Positions 44,560-61,735 of a stretch of 64,000 nucleotides of DNA are shown here, in pieces. The DNA is taken from assembly GCF_009914755.1 (NCBI RefSeq), contig NC_060926.1; one strand, written 5' to 3'. The position numbers and the translations under genes are program-made. The notes below the pieces were generated by a model that had not been told where the DNA came from, did not search any database, and saw only the letters and a program-made list of their open reading frames with translations. Position 1 is the first letter of the stretch, and the number at the start of each line of letters is the position of its first letter. This stretch comes from the human T2T-CHM13v2.0 reference genome, Homo sapiens.

Positions 44560-46670
44560 CAGTCAACAGAGCTCAACAAATTAGATATAGAATGAATGTT
44601 CCACAACAGAGTAAAAGCCATATATGACAACCCCACAACTAACATCGTACCTATGGTGAAAAGTTGAAAGCTTTTTCTCTAAGACCACTTCTGTTCAACA
44701 TAATACTGAAAATCCAAGACAGGGCATTTAGGCTAAAGAAAGAAATAAAAGGTATCCAAACAGAAAAGAATAAAGTGAAATTGTCTCTGTGTACTGACAA
44801 CATGATGTTATAGAAAAAATATTAAATAATCCAACAAAAAATGTTAGAACTAATAAACAAATTTGGTAAAGTTTCAGGATACAAAATCAACTACAAAAAA
44901 TCGGTAATGTTTCTATACACTAACAACAGACTGCCTGAAAAAAAAATTAAGAAAACAGTCCCAATTACAAAAGAGTTAAAAGGAATAAAATACTTAGGAG
45001 TCAATTTAACCAAGGAAGTGAAATATCTGTATACTGAAAACCATAAAACATTGATGAAAATAAAAGGTGTCACAAATAAATGGAAAGATACCCCATGTTT
45101 GTGAATTGAAAGAATTAATATTGTTAAAATGTCCATACTACCCAAAGCATTCTATAGATTCAATGTAATAACTATCAAAATTCCAATGTCATTCTTCACA
45201 GAAATAGAAAAAAAAATCCTAAAATTTGTATGGAACTACAAAAAATCCTGAATAACTAAAGTAACTTTTACCAAAAAGATAAAAAGCTAAAAAGATTTTT
45301 AAAAAAAGATTAAAAAGATTAAAAAATAGATAAAAAGATAAAAGCTGGAGGCACTATACTACTGGATTTCAAAATATGTTACAAACCTATAATAATCCAA
45401 ACAGTATGATACTGGCATAAAAACAGACATATTGACCAGTGGAATAGGATAGAGAGCCCAGAAATAAACCCATACATTTATGGTGAATTGATTTTTGACA
45501 AAGGTGCAAAGATCATACAATTGGGAAAGGACAGTCCCTTCAAAAAATGATATTAGGAATACTGGATATTCATATACAGAAGAATAAAAATAGGCTCTTA
45601 TTTCAAACCTTGTATAAGAATCAACTCAAAGCAGGTTAAAGCCTTAAATGTAAGACCTGAAACTATAAAACTATTAAAAGAGAACATAATGGGAAAATAT
45701 CCATAACATTGACTGGTCTGGGCAATGATTTATTGGATATAACCTCAAAAGCACAAGCACCAAGAGAAAATAAAGATATCACAAATAAATGGAAAGATAT
45801 CCCACAAATAAATTCTTTTGTGGATTGAAAGAATTAATAGTTAAAATGTCCATACTACCGAAAGCATTCTATAGATTCAATGCAATATCTATCAAAATTC
45901 CAATGTTATTCTTCACAGAAATAGAAAAAAAATCCTAGAATTTGTATGGAACTACATGGGCTTATATCAGATTGAAAGCTTCTGCACAGTAGGGTAAACA
46001 ACAGAGTGAAGAGAAAACCCATAGATCAGGAGAAAATGTTTGCAACTCATATATCAAACAAGAGGGTAATAGCCAAAATATACAAGGAAATCAAACTACT
46101 TAATAAGTAGAAAAACAAATAACCCCATTAAAAAGTGAGTAAAGGACTCAAATGGACATTTCTCAAAAGAAGAGATACAAATTGCCAACAGATACATGAG
46201 AAAATGCTCAACATCTCTAATTATAAGAGAAATGTAAATTAAAACCACAATGAGAGATTGCCTCACACCTGTTAGGGCAACTATTATCAAAAGATAACAA
46301 GCGTTGGCAAGCACGTGGAGAAAAGGGAACCCTCATACACTGTAGGTGGTATTGCAAATTAATACAGCCATTTTGGAAAACAGTATGAACGTTCCTTTAT
46401 TGTGAGATCCAGGAATCTCAGTACTGTATATATATATCCAAAGGAACTGAAATCAGTATGTTGAAGAGTTGTCTGCACTCCCATGTTGATTGTAGTACTC
46501 TTCACAATAGTCACGATATGGAAACAATATAAGTGTCCATCAGTGCATGAATGGATTTTTAAAATGTAATATATTTACACAATAGAATACTATTCAGCCT
46601 TAAAAAAGTAAATTTGTCATTTTTGACAACATGAATGCAACTAAGAGGACATTGTCTTAAGTGAAATATC
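44560..46670 (+). mobile_element. L1MA-like ORF2 fragment with an internal deletion and an internal duplication
   Basis: Peptide [17 protein letters not shown]...IKYLGVNLTKEVK; collinear ORF2 sequence. Confidence 0.93.
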
Positions 46671-46875
46671 TAATGGCATTTTAGTGGAAAATTATGTAGG
46701 ACCAACCATGTCATCCAAAAACTCAATATTTTATCTTTCGGGGCTGAAAGAAGAACCAACATGACTGAAAATAAATAAATTAACAGATGGCATTTGAATT
46801 TATGATAAAAGTAAACAATAGAGAAATTATGGTATGGCTTAATGAATATAACAAGAGGCAGCAAGCATCTGAAGG

Positions 46876-46931
46876 GTGTGTGTGTGTGTGTGTGGGTGTG
46901 TATGTATGTATTTATTTGTGTATTTATGTGT
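46876..46931. repeat. (TG)n degenerating to (TATG/TATT)n
   Basis: Direct reading. Confidence 0.9.
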
Positions 46932-48699
46932 CATTAGATATACCATTAGCTTCTAGATTTCTGCATTAATACAGGCCATGCATGGAAGAGCTGTATAAAA
47001 CGCTTTTCCCTATGCTATTTGGCAGTAATTTTTTGAAAGTCAGAGATGGCTGCATGTAAATGTTACTAAGTTCTACCAATCTCTAAAAATCACATTTAAT
47101 AACAATTTGCCAGACTTTCATTTATAGAAAGAAACAGAATTATGTTAGAAACACAATAATCAGCTATTTGTCTTTTCAATATCTTCTGGGAAAAATTTGC
47201 AGAGTTTTAAAAATTTAAATTATCATGGTGGACATTTATGTCCTTAAGGTATCCATGTAATATATAGATAGCAAAATATCTTTGTTTCAGTTTAAACATG
47301 AAAATCCAAAATTAGCATATCATAATCAAGGGAATTGCCTAAGGTTGTCTTTCTGAAAAGAAATGACGTTTAAAAATTTTTGTTTTAAAATCTTATGATA
47401 AAATCAATGGGACTTTTTCATAACTTAGAGAAGAAAATAAAACATCTAGCCTAATGTGACCTCCCAAATATAGAAATTGAATTCCATTTTAAATGATTTC
47501 TTTTGATCTTTGGACATATGCCTATTCTTTGCACGATTATGGCTGGAATTGGTGAGCATAGAATTGTGTGTGCACACTAATGTGTGTATGTGTGCATGTG
47601 TGTGTTTTGCTTAAATGACATTATTATTTATTTTTTGATCAGTGAAATGTCTATCTTTTCTGAAGCATGAGTTTTTTACTAAATGCAATAAATTTAGTGT
47701 ACATTCAATTTTTCAAAACTATTTCAATCCACTCTATGCCAAACTACAAATTGTAATGCCATAAGAATTATATTGCATGTATTTTACAACTCCAATCTAC
47801 TTATTGGAAGGAGGGGGTGGTGAAACATATGTCATGTAGCTGTTAAAGGAGATCTTTGCCAGGTACTTCTAAAGAAGATTTTAATTCAGGAGAAAATAAT
47901 TGCAAAGCAGAGAAGGTCTGTGAGAAGAATCTATCTTGAGCACTTAAGCTGAAACCAGAAGTCCAAACAATGACCTCTGAATCATGGGGGTCACCTTGTA
48001 TCCTCTATTTATCTTTAAAATTGAACTTATCCTGAAATGTTTGCTTAAAGGCAAATGTTATTTCCTGATCGAGATCTTATAATGAATTAATGCCAGAGAG
48101 AGACAGAACTTGGATTAAAGGAAAGAGAATGTCTTTTGACTTTTAGGTCCGTTATTATCAATATGTTTAGTTTCATAGCTTGTCTCCTATTGGAGTCTTA
48201 ATTCCTTTAAAATTGGAATTTCATCACACTCATCTTTGTATCCCTTAGAACACCAGGTACAAGATCATGCACTTAAAAATGTATTGACTTGAATAATTTT
48301 CCAGTGCAGTCTACTTGTCTACATAAATATTGTTAGCAAATTAGACATGAAATGGTAACATTATTGAACATTGGCTGCATCTTAACCATCCTGTTAATTT
48401 CATTTGCATAGTCTTTGTTCAAGTATTTTACAGTTCAAGCTTTCTTTTGGACCATAATCCAAACATATTTAAAAAGTAAAAATGAAGTCCTTTGTGGGTA
48501 TTTTTTACTTTCATAGGAGAAGGTGTAATTTAAACCTGTTGGTTGATAAAATACAAAAAGTATCTTGGGATCTAAGTTTTTCTTCGGGATACCAATTTGA
48601 GTGGTCTGTCACTTTCTGCTTACAACATACTGTGCTTATCAAACTAAACTCCCCAAAATGGAACTCACGAGCCTCTATGATACGGCTCCTGACTACATG

Positions 48700-49165
48700 T
48701 CCAACTTTACCTTCAGTCAACCTATGGCTTCTATATTCTCATGAGTGAACGTATTAGCTTTCTACTCCTAGAATATCTCAACTTTGCCATTTTAGGAGTT
48801 TTCACTTGCTTTCCCATATGCCTGAAATGCATATGCTTGATTAGTCCCGTGGTTGTCTCCATAGCGCCCTACAGTTCTTGGATTTAAATATCCTAGATAT
48901 TTAAATATCTTGTAAAGGGGTGTTTTCTGACCATCTTATCTATAAAGTAGCTCCCCATCAGAGGTACTTGCTGTCACAGCACATTTTTTATTTCTTTCAC
49001 AGGATGTGTCACAATAATGATCATATTCAGTAGCTGTCTTCTAAAACAAAGTATAAGTTCCATGAGTACAGTAACCTTTTTCTACCTTTTTCCCGAATAT
49101 ACCCACTGCGCAGAAAACAGTGCCCAATAGAAAGTAAAAGTCTAGGAAATGATTTCTGAATGAAA
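48700..49165 (+). mobile_element. LINE-2 3' region
   Basis: ttttctgaccatcttatcta...tataagttccatgagtacag...aacagtgcc...tttctgaatgaa. Confidence 0.7.
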
Positions 49166-49655
49166 AAACAAATATTTACTGAAAAACTGTGACTTTTGAG
49201 ATCTTAATTTAAGCAGTAAATTAATTTGAAGGGTAAAGTACAATTCTGATACTTTTTTGCATTTTTGTCTTCTCTAAAACCAATGACTAGTTAGTATACA
49301 TGTTGTAAGCCAGCCAAACTGCATTATTATTTCAACAATTAAGACTATAGGACATAGGAAATTAGGAAGTTTTCCAAAGTAGTAATGGGGATAAAAAAAG
49401 AATTTTTTAGCTTTGTTTTTATTCAAACAAGAAATAACTATATTTTAAAATTTTTCCCCATCAAAGGTACTGAATGTAAATAAGTCCCTTATGATACCAA
49501 GTATTTTTTCATATCTATATCCATTTTAATAATTAGTTTATGCAAAAGTTCATAAATTTAGAGGTTTGTTGGAAAGTTATTATTTCTAATCTCCTAATAA
49601 GCTGAAAGAAAATTATGACTTCAAACAATATATTGAAACCTTATTAAGAGAAACT

Positions 49656-49961
<306 letters not shown>

Positions 49962-50645
49962 AAGAGAAACTGTGGGAAACCCCCCCCCCCAAAAAAAAGA
50001 AAGAAAAAAGGAAGAATAGCAGGAGTCTGTTTTTATAGGAATGTCATTTGAGCTTAACAGATCTAGAGGTTAAGCTTTGAAGAGTTTTAACTATATATGT
50101 GATTCTCATAATATCTATTTCATTCACAGGAAAATCAGAATAATTCTTATAAGGAAATTTGTGATCTTAATATACAGTACTATAATATTGACAACATTTC
50201 ATTAAAATTTTAAGTACTTATTGGTTTCCTTTCAAAGTGTCATATCTGTGCCATTTCTATCTGTATAGCTTTTACAATTATAATTTATATTTACCAATTT
50301 TCCTTTTTAACATGATATAAGGTATGAAAGTGTTTTATCACTTCCTAATTATTTTATTATATTTTGCTATCATCTACTTTGCTATCATCTATGTTCTGAA
50401 ATTTATTTATGTCTCTTATATCTGTATGGTGGAAATTTTTTTTTTATTATACTTTAAGTTCTAGGGTACATGTGCACAATGTGCAGGTTTGTTACATAGG
50501 TATACATGTGCCATGTTGGTTTGCTGCACCTATTAACTCATCATTCACATTAGGTATTTGTCCTAATGCTATCCCTCCCCCTGCCCCCCAACCCACAACA
50601 GGCCCCAGTGTGTGATGTTCCCCTGTGTCCAAGTGTTCTCATTGT

Positions 50646-54474
<3,829 letters not shown>

Positions 54475-54537
54475 TATGATGTAAGCTGGTTATCTTGCCC
54501 ATTAATTGATGTAGTTTCTTGCTAGCATTGGTGGTCT

Positions 54538-55551
54538 TTACAATTTGGCATGTTTTTACAGTGGCTAGTTCTGGTTGTTCCTTTCCATGTTTAGTGCTTC
54601 CTTCAGGAGCTCTTTTAAGGCAGGCCTGGTGGTGACAAAATCTCTCAGCATTTGCTTCTCTGTAAAGGATTTTATTTCTACTTCACTTATGAGGCTTAGT
54701 TTGGCTGGATATGAAATTCTGGGTTGAAAATTCTTTTAAGAATGTTGAATGTTGTCCCTCAACCCTCTTCCAGCTTGTAGAGTTTCTGCAGAGAGATCTG
54801 CTGTTAGTCTGATAGTTACCCTTTGTGGGTAACCTGACCTTTCTCTCTGGCTGCCCTTAACATTTTTTCCTTCATTTGAACCTTGGTGAATCTGACAATT
54901 ATGTGTCTTGGGGTTGCTCTTCTTGAGGAGTATCTTTGTGGTGTTCTCTGTATTTCCTGAATTTCAATGTTGGCCTGCCTTACTAGGTTGGGGGAGTTCT
55001 CCTGGATAATATCCTGCAGAGTGTTTTCCAACTTGGTTCCATTCTCCCCGTCACTTTCAGATACACTAATCAAACATAGATTTGTTTTTTTTCACATAGT
55101 CCCATATTTCTCGGAGGCTTTGTTCATTTCTTTTTACTCTGTTTTCTCTAAACTTCTCGCTTTATTTCATTAATTTGATCTTCAATCACTGATAGCCTTT
55201 CTTCCACTTGATCGAATCGGCTACTGAAGCTTGTGCATGTGTCACGTAGTTCTCATGCCATGGTTTTCAGCTCCATCAGGTCATTTAATGTCTTCTCTAC
55301 ATTGTTTATTCCAGTTAGCCGTTTGTCTGATCTTTTTTCAAGGTTTTTAGCTTCCTTGTGATGGGTTCAAACATCCTCCTTTAGCTCCTTTAGCTTGTTA
55401 TTACCGACCTTCTGAAGCCTAGTTCCGTCAACTCGTCAAAGTTATTCTCTGTCCAGCTTTGTTCTGTTGCTGGTGAGGAGCTGCGATAATTTGGAGAAGA
55501 GGTGCTCTCGTTTTTAGAATTTTCATCTTTTCTCCTCTGGTTTCTCCCCAT
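54538..55551 (-). pseudogene. L1 ORF1p, disrupted
   Basis: ATG at 55551; peptide ENGTKLENTLQDIIQEN...RRATPRHIIVRFTKV; TAA at 54538-54540. Confidence 0.93.
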
Positions 55552-56590
55552 CTTTGTGGTTTTATCTACCTTTGGTCTTTGATGTTAGTGACCTACCAAT
55601 GGGGTTTTGGTGTGGATGTCCTTTTTCTTGATGTTGATGCTGTTCCTTTCTGTTTGTTAGTTTTCCTTCTGACAGTCAGGTCCCTCAGCTGCAGGTCTGT
55701 TGGAGTTTGCTGGAGGTCCACTCCAGACCCTGTTTGCCTGGGTATCACCAGCGGAGGCTGAAGAATAGCAAATATTGCAGAACAGCAAATATTGCTGCCT
55801 TACCCTTCTTCTGGAAGCTTCATCCCAGAGGGGAACCCACATGTATGAGGTGTCAATCAGCCCCTACTGGGAGATGTCTCCCAGTTAGGCTACACAGGGG
55901 TCAGGGACCCACTTGAGGAAGCAGTCTGTCCGTTCTCAGAGCTCAAACGCTGTGCTGGAAGAACCACTGCTGTCTTCAGAGCTGTCAGACAGGGACGTTT
56001 AAGTCTGCAGAAGTTTCTGCTGCCTTTTGTTCAACTATGCCCTGCCCCCAGAGGTGGAGTCAACAGAGGCAGCCCACCTTGCTGGGCTGTGGTGGGGTCC
56101 ACCAGTTCTAGCTTGCCTGGCTGCTTTGTTTACCTACTCAAGCCTCAGCAATGGCGGATGCCCCTCCCCCTGCCAGGCTGCTGCCTCGCAGGTCGCAGGT
56201 CAATCTCAGACTGCTGCACTAGCAGTGAGCAAGGTTCTGTGGGCGTGGGACCCACCGAGCCAGGCGCAGGATATAATCCCCTGGTGTGCTGTTTGCTAAG
56301 ACGGTTGGAAAAGCACAGTATTTAGGCGGGAGTGCCCCATTTTTCCAGGTACAGTCTGTCATGGCTTACCTTGGCTAGGAAAGGGAAATCTCCCAACCCC
56401 TGGCACTTCCCAGGTGAGGTGATGCCCCACCCTGCTTTGGCTCACCCTTCCTGGGCCGCACCCACTGTCCAACCAGTCCCAGTGAGATGAACCAGGTACC
56501 TGACTTGGAAATGGAGAAATCACACATCTTCTGCATCAATCATGCTGGGAGCTGCAGACCATAGCTGTTCCTATGCAGCCATCTTAGAAC
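55552..56590 (-). promoter_or_regulatory. L1 5'UTR with internal sense promoter and antisense promoter region
   Basis: GC-richer L1PA 5'UTR; YY1 core (gccatctt on +, about 56577); ORF0 remnant and antisense splice donors on the + strand. Activity is not shown by the sequence. Confidence 0.8.
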
Positions 56591-57195
56591 CGGACCACAT
56601 CCTCTTTCAAGGTATGAAAGATTATTGACCTTATTTTGTCTAGGTGGAGGAACTGTATCATACAATGGTATATTTGAGCTACTGTGGGACTGATCTAGTC
56701 CTTCTATAAAGAGACTATCTAAATGCCTTATAAATCTTGATATTTTTCTAAGAAGCACTATCTTTGAGAAAAAACTTATTTTCTGGTAAATAAAATGAGG
56801 AAATATGAGGGGCAAATTTGAGAGCCTTCATCTTTCAATTATTCCCTTTAAAGCTCCCATTTGATTTTTGATTATGCCACGGTGAATGCAAACAAATCCC
56901 ACTTTTCAAATGGAATAATTTATTTTCTTAATGTTTGTGTTTCAACCTAAAAGAATTGTTTTTATACCTACATTTGAAACTTCAGAAAACAAGATTCACA
57001 GAATAATGAAAAACTACATTTTAACCTAAATGTGGAACTGTGATTACAGACATTACCGCAAGCAAGTGATTCAAACACCACTTTTCCTGTGTCATCTTTT
57101 AAACACCACTGCAGATTTTTTATTTTGAACATGTACTTGGCTTCTGCTTCTATCTAAGTTAGAGGAACAGTAATTGGATGTACCCTTGTGCCTGA

Positions 57196-57511
<316 letters not shown>

Positions 57512-57829
57512 TAAAATTGCAAAACACTAGGCAATAAAGTAGAAGGAACCCAGAGAGATGAAAAACACAGTGCTACATTTGCATCATTTTCCTGCTTTCA
57601 GAGAATTTCTGAGCCACAACTCGAGAAAGGAGAGCCCAGATGGAAATTGATGAACTCTGTAAGGTAAGGAAATGAAAATGAGAGCACAGGGACAGCAAGG
57701 CTTTTGGAATTCACAGAATAGAGCTCTGGAGAGGAGAAAGATACAGAAGGAACCCCAAATATTTGCATAAGGTACTCCTCAAGTATTCATCAGAGTACTG
57801 ATCAGGACATGCATGTGAGGAAACTGACA

Positions 57830-60340
57830 TTTGTAGTACCATCCATCAATAGCACAACACATATTCATTTCAAGTATACATGAAACATTGACCAAGATAT
57901 ATACTAAGCCATAAAATAAGTCTTAGTGAATTTTAAAAGATTCAACTCACACAATGTATTTCTCTAACTAAAACAGGATAGACTTAAAATTCAGTCAGTC
58001 CCCAAATATTTGAAAATCAAAAAAACCCATGGATCAAAGAAGAAATAAAAAAGTATTTTGAAGTGAATGGCAATGAAAATACAAACATAGGAAAAACTAA
58101 GGAATGATGCTAAAGCAGTTCTTAGGAATTTACAGCACTATATGCTGACATTACTGAAGAAAAGATGTCTCAAATTGATGACACCAACGATCACTTTAAG
58201 ACACTAGAAGACATGAAAATTAACTCAACATAGCAGAAAGGAAAGTATAAATAGCAGGACAGAAATGATCAAATAGAGATGATGTCGGTAATGCAATGTT
58301 GGTTTAATATTTGAAATCAGACAATGTAATTCACCATGCGAACTAAAAAACATGCAGAAAAAAATAAAGAAGACATAGAGAGCTATACTTGTTCATCAAC
58401 AGAAGACTCAAAATGATTAAGATGTCAATTCTCCCCAGACTTATCTATAGATTAAATACAATGCCAGTTCAAATCCTTGCAGGTCTTAACTGAAGAAATT
58501 TTCAAGCTTATTTTAAAACTCGTATGGAAATAAAAAAATATAGAATCACTATAACAACTTTGAAAAAGAACATATTTGGAGTAGTAACACTATCTGCTCT
58601 CAAGGTTTATTATGATGCTACAATAATCAAGACTATTGGACTGGCATAAAGAAATAACTTGGTCAAAGAAACAGAGTAGAGATTACAGAAATAGATCCAC
58701 ATATGGGCAACTGTTGTTCGTTTTTTTTAAATTTATCGTCTTTCTGAAAAATCTTCATAGAAAACTATTTGGTTTAGCTCTCAGTAGCCTGCCCCTGAGC
58801 TGTGAGGAAGCTTGCCTTCTTTTGAGCTACCTGATCTTTCTTCTGAGCAAGGGACATTTTGGGATGGTTCTATCTCTTTTAACTTATTTCCTGGGCGTCT
58901 TCTCATAGACTAGATTCTCTCATATAGCAGCATGAGCTTTCTTATACATCTCCTCCATGTCTAGAGTTATGCCGTTCTTTATATATTGAGAGGATTGTTT
59001 CTTGTAAGCATCTTCATCTTCCTCTACTTAGTAGCACATGTAATCTGCGACATTCTGGCTGATAATGTGCTTCCAGTGTACTTCTGCATTAAATTCCTTG
59101 CTTTCAGAATCATAACCGGGAATCGTTTGGTACTGTAAGGGATAGACAAACCTCCATTCACAGCTCCCTCAGGGCGCCAGAAACTTTATTGCCAGTAGTA
59201 GTTCTGGCAAGGCCTTCATCTCCAGTCACCTCCACTTGGCCTTCATAGATCTTGTCCATACCAAACCTATTGAGAAGCCTGTGGTCCAGCAGCAGGCCAG
59301 TACAATACGCTGCAGCGTAATTTGTCAAGCCAACCTTCACGCCATATTTTGGCAGTTCATGTGCATATGCTATGCAGACTATCATATCCCCTTCTATACA
59401 GGCATAAGCAATATGACAAATGATATCTGTTACACTATCATCCTGTATTTGGGTGTTTCCTATTTATTTTTATCCTGTATCACCAAGCGTTTCTGAGCAT
59501 AGTAATCAATTTTACCGTCCCATTGTCTTCTAAATTTCACTTGGTGTCTCTTAAAGTAGGCCTTAGTCTTAACAACTTTAATGAACCACATCCTGCAGAG
59601 CAAATGCCCACGTCTGCGGCTTGGCAGAGACTTCTAGGCTCAGCAGCGCTAGGTGGGGAAAAGAGGGAGCAACTGATTTCTGATGAAGTTGATGACAGGG
59701 AGGAACGGGAACTCTCACACACTCCTGGTGGGAATGTAAAATGGCATGACTCCTACCTGTTTGGAAAATAGTTTAACAGTTTTTTAGAAAGTTTAATATA
59801 TACCTACCTATCATATGACTCAGCCATTATACTCCTAAGAGAAACAAAAACATATGTCCATACAAAGACTTGTACCCAAATATTCATAGAACCTTTATAT
59901 TCAATAGTCAAAAACTAGAAATAACTCAAATGACCATCATCCAAATTGTAGTATGTCCATACAATAAAATGTAATAAACTACTGATAAACACAGTGTGGA
60001 TGAATCTAGAAATAATGATACTGAGTTTTAAAAGCTAGTCAAAAAACAGTATATATGGTGTGATCCCATTTATATAGAACTCAAAAAAATGCAAAGTGAT
60101 CTGTATAACTGAAAGCACATCAGTGGCTTCCTGTAGAGAGGATTGCAGTGGGTTCTAATCTCTCATTATAAAGGAGAACAAAGAAACTTTCAGAGGTGAT
60201 GGATATGTTTACTATCTTGATTGTGATAAAGGCTCCAGAAGTGTATACATGTGTTAAAACATTGAATTGTACACTTTATATGTGTACATTTTATTGCAGA
60301 TCAATTATACTTTAACGCTGTTAAAATATGAATAAAGCAC
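57830..60340 (+). mobile_element. Old L1M (L1MC/MD/ME-like) with large internal deletions, interrupted by the RPL5 pseudogene
   Basis: ORF2-like segments at 57830-58713; 3' region at 59669-60340 (catatgtccatacaaagacttgtac...ggtgatggatatgtttactatcttgattgtg). Confidence 0.88.
58721..59667 (-). pseudogene. RPL5: Processed pseudogene of 60S ribosomal protein L5 (uL18)
   Basis: Intronless, with 5'UTR; ATG at 59591 to TAA at 58774; peptide [28 protein letters not shown]; frameshifts; short A-tail; TSD core GCAACTG at 58707-58713 and 59669-59675. The symbol is that of the parent gene. Confidence 0.98.
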
Positions 60341-60789
60341 GTTTTAAAACATTTAGAAATCCAAAATATCATAAATTAAACATAAATTATAAATGATGTA
60401 GATTGAATCAATTATAATAAAATTACTTAAAAAAGTGTTATCAGAAAAAAAGAAAATGGTACTCTACTATGGTCACAATAAATCTAATGAGGAGAAATAT
60501 TTAATAACACTGATAAACACTAGTGGATTTTGTTCCTGGTTCAAATCTGTCAATTCAGTATTTCCTAAGATTAATATTAATTTATTGTATAAAACATTTG
60601 TGTTTAGTCAATTGATAGACTGATTATTTCTTCTAAATACAGAGGAAGCTTTATCTGGGAATTGCATTATTTCCTAGTGATTCTTACTACCTATTCTAAT
60701 AGGACACAATTTCACAGATATATTCTTCTTGATTTTTGACTAAGATTTTAAAGAAATACCGTCTTTTAATTTTTGATTAATTTTTTTCT

Positions 60790-60970
60790 ACAATCTTAGA
60801 ATGAAAATTTTGGAGCAGAAAAGACCACAGAAACCTTTGTAATATATCTCCTCAATATATAAAAGCCAGAAGTGAGCTCAATTTAAATGGCTAACTTAGG
60901 ATATGAGGAGTAATTGGCAACAAGTGCTGGAACCAGATTTCAAGTCTCATAATATCCAGTCCAAAACTGT
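60790..60970 (-). mobile_element. MIR-like fragment
   Basis: gtgctggaaccagatttcaagtctcataatatccagtccaa. Confidence 0.55.
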
Positions 60971-61479
60971 GAGACACTATGTAGGTTTCTTCAACTTGAC
61001 ATATTATGTATGATAGCAGAGTGGATTTTCTAAATAGGTGGAAGAAGCCTTTACCTTCGACTGACAGATTTGCTGAGAAAAGACAAAAAGGATCACAGCA
61101 GGTTCAGATGAAAAATTGACAGGAGCCTCCACCTAACTCTGATACTGACTCAGCATGAGATATATAGATGACAGCAACCAATACTCTAAAAAAATTATAT
61201 ATGTAAGAAAAGATGCAGCCTAGCAAACACATAAAAGTATATAACTGTGATAATTATTAATAATTATTAATAATTGCAGGGCCCACCAGTCTTCTGTCAG
61301 TAAATTGATTGTACACAGGTTTACTGCCTGAGTAATTTGTTTATCTTGCCTGCATCAGTTATTTTGTTGAATTATCATCATAATAACGTGTGTGAACCAG
61401 TCTTCTTAAAAGTGTAAAGACTTTGGTCTCTTCTTGTTGATTTATAGTTTAGTCATGACAGCAGCAACAACCACCACAA

Positions 61480-61735
61480 AAATAATAGCAAATACTTATA
61501 GGGTGTTAAATACATGCCAGCCCCATATTAGCACTGTATAACACTTCACATATTCCCACTCCTTTAAATACTTCAGGTATTTCTAAATACATTACATATC
61601 TTAACTTCTTTAATTGCCACAAGGCCTATAAGTTTGATGCTATTTTTACCCCTAATTTACAGATGTGGAAACAGAAAGATCCATTAAGTTATGGAGCAAG
61701 AAACACTCTGGAGATAATACTCTAAACCACTGTTT
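61480..61735 (-). mobile_element. MIR SINE
   Basis: aataatagcaaatacttataggg...aatttacagatgtggaaacaga. Confidence 0.75.

Noticed and set aside
50363-50392. 15-bp tandem duplication TTTGCTATCATCTA(C)
   Set aside because: Ordinary slippage duplication; it is not the TSD of the adjacent L1, for which I could not identify a clear TSD.
59158-59385. Functional RPL5 coding sequence
   Set aside because: Intronless and frameshifted, with an internal deletion, A-tail and TSD: a processed pseudogene.
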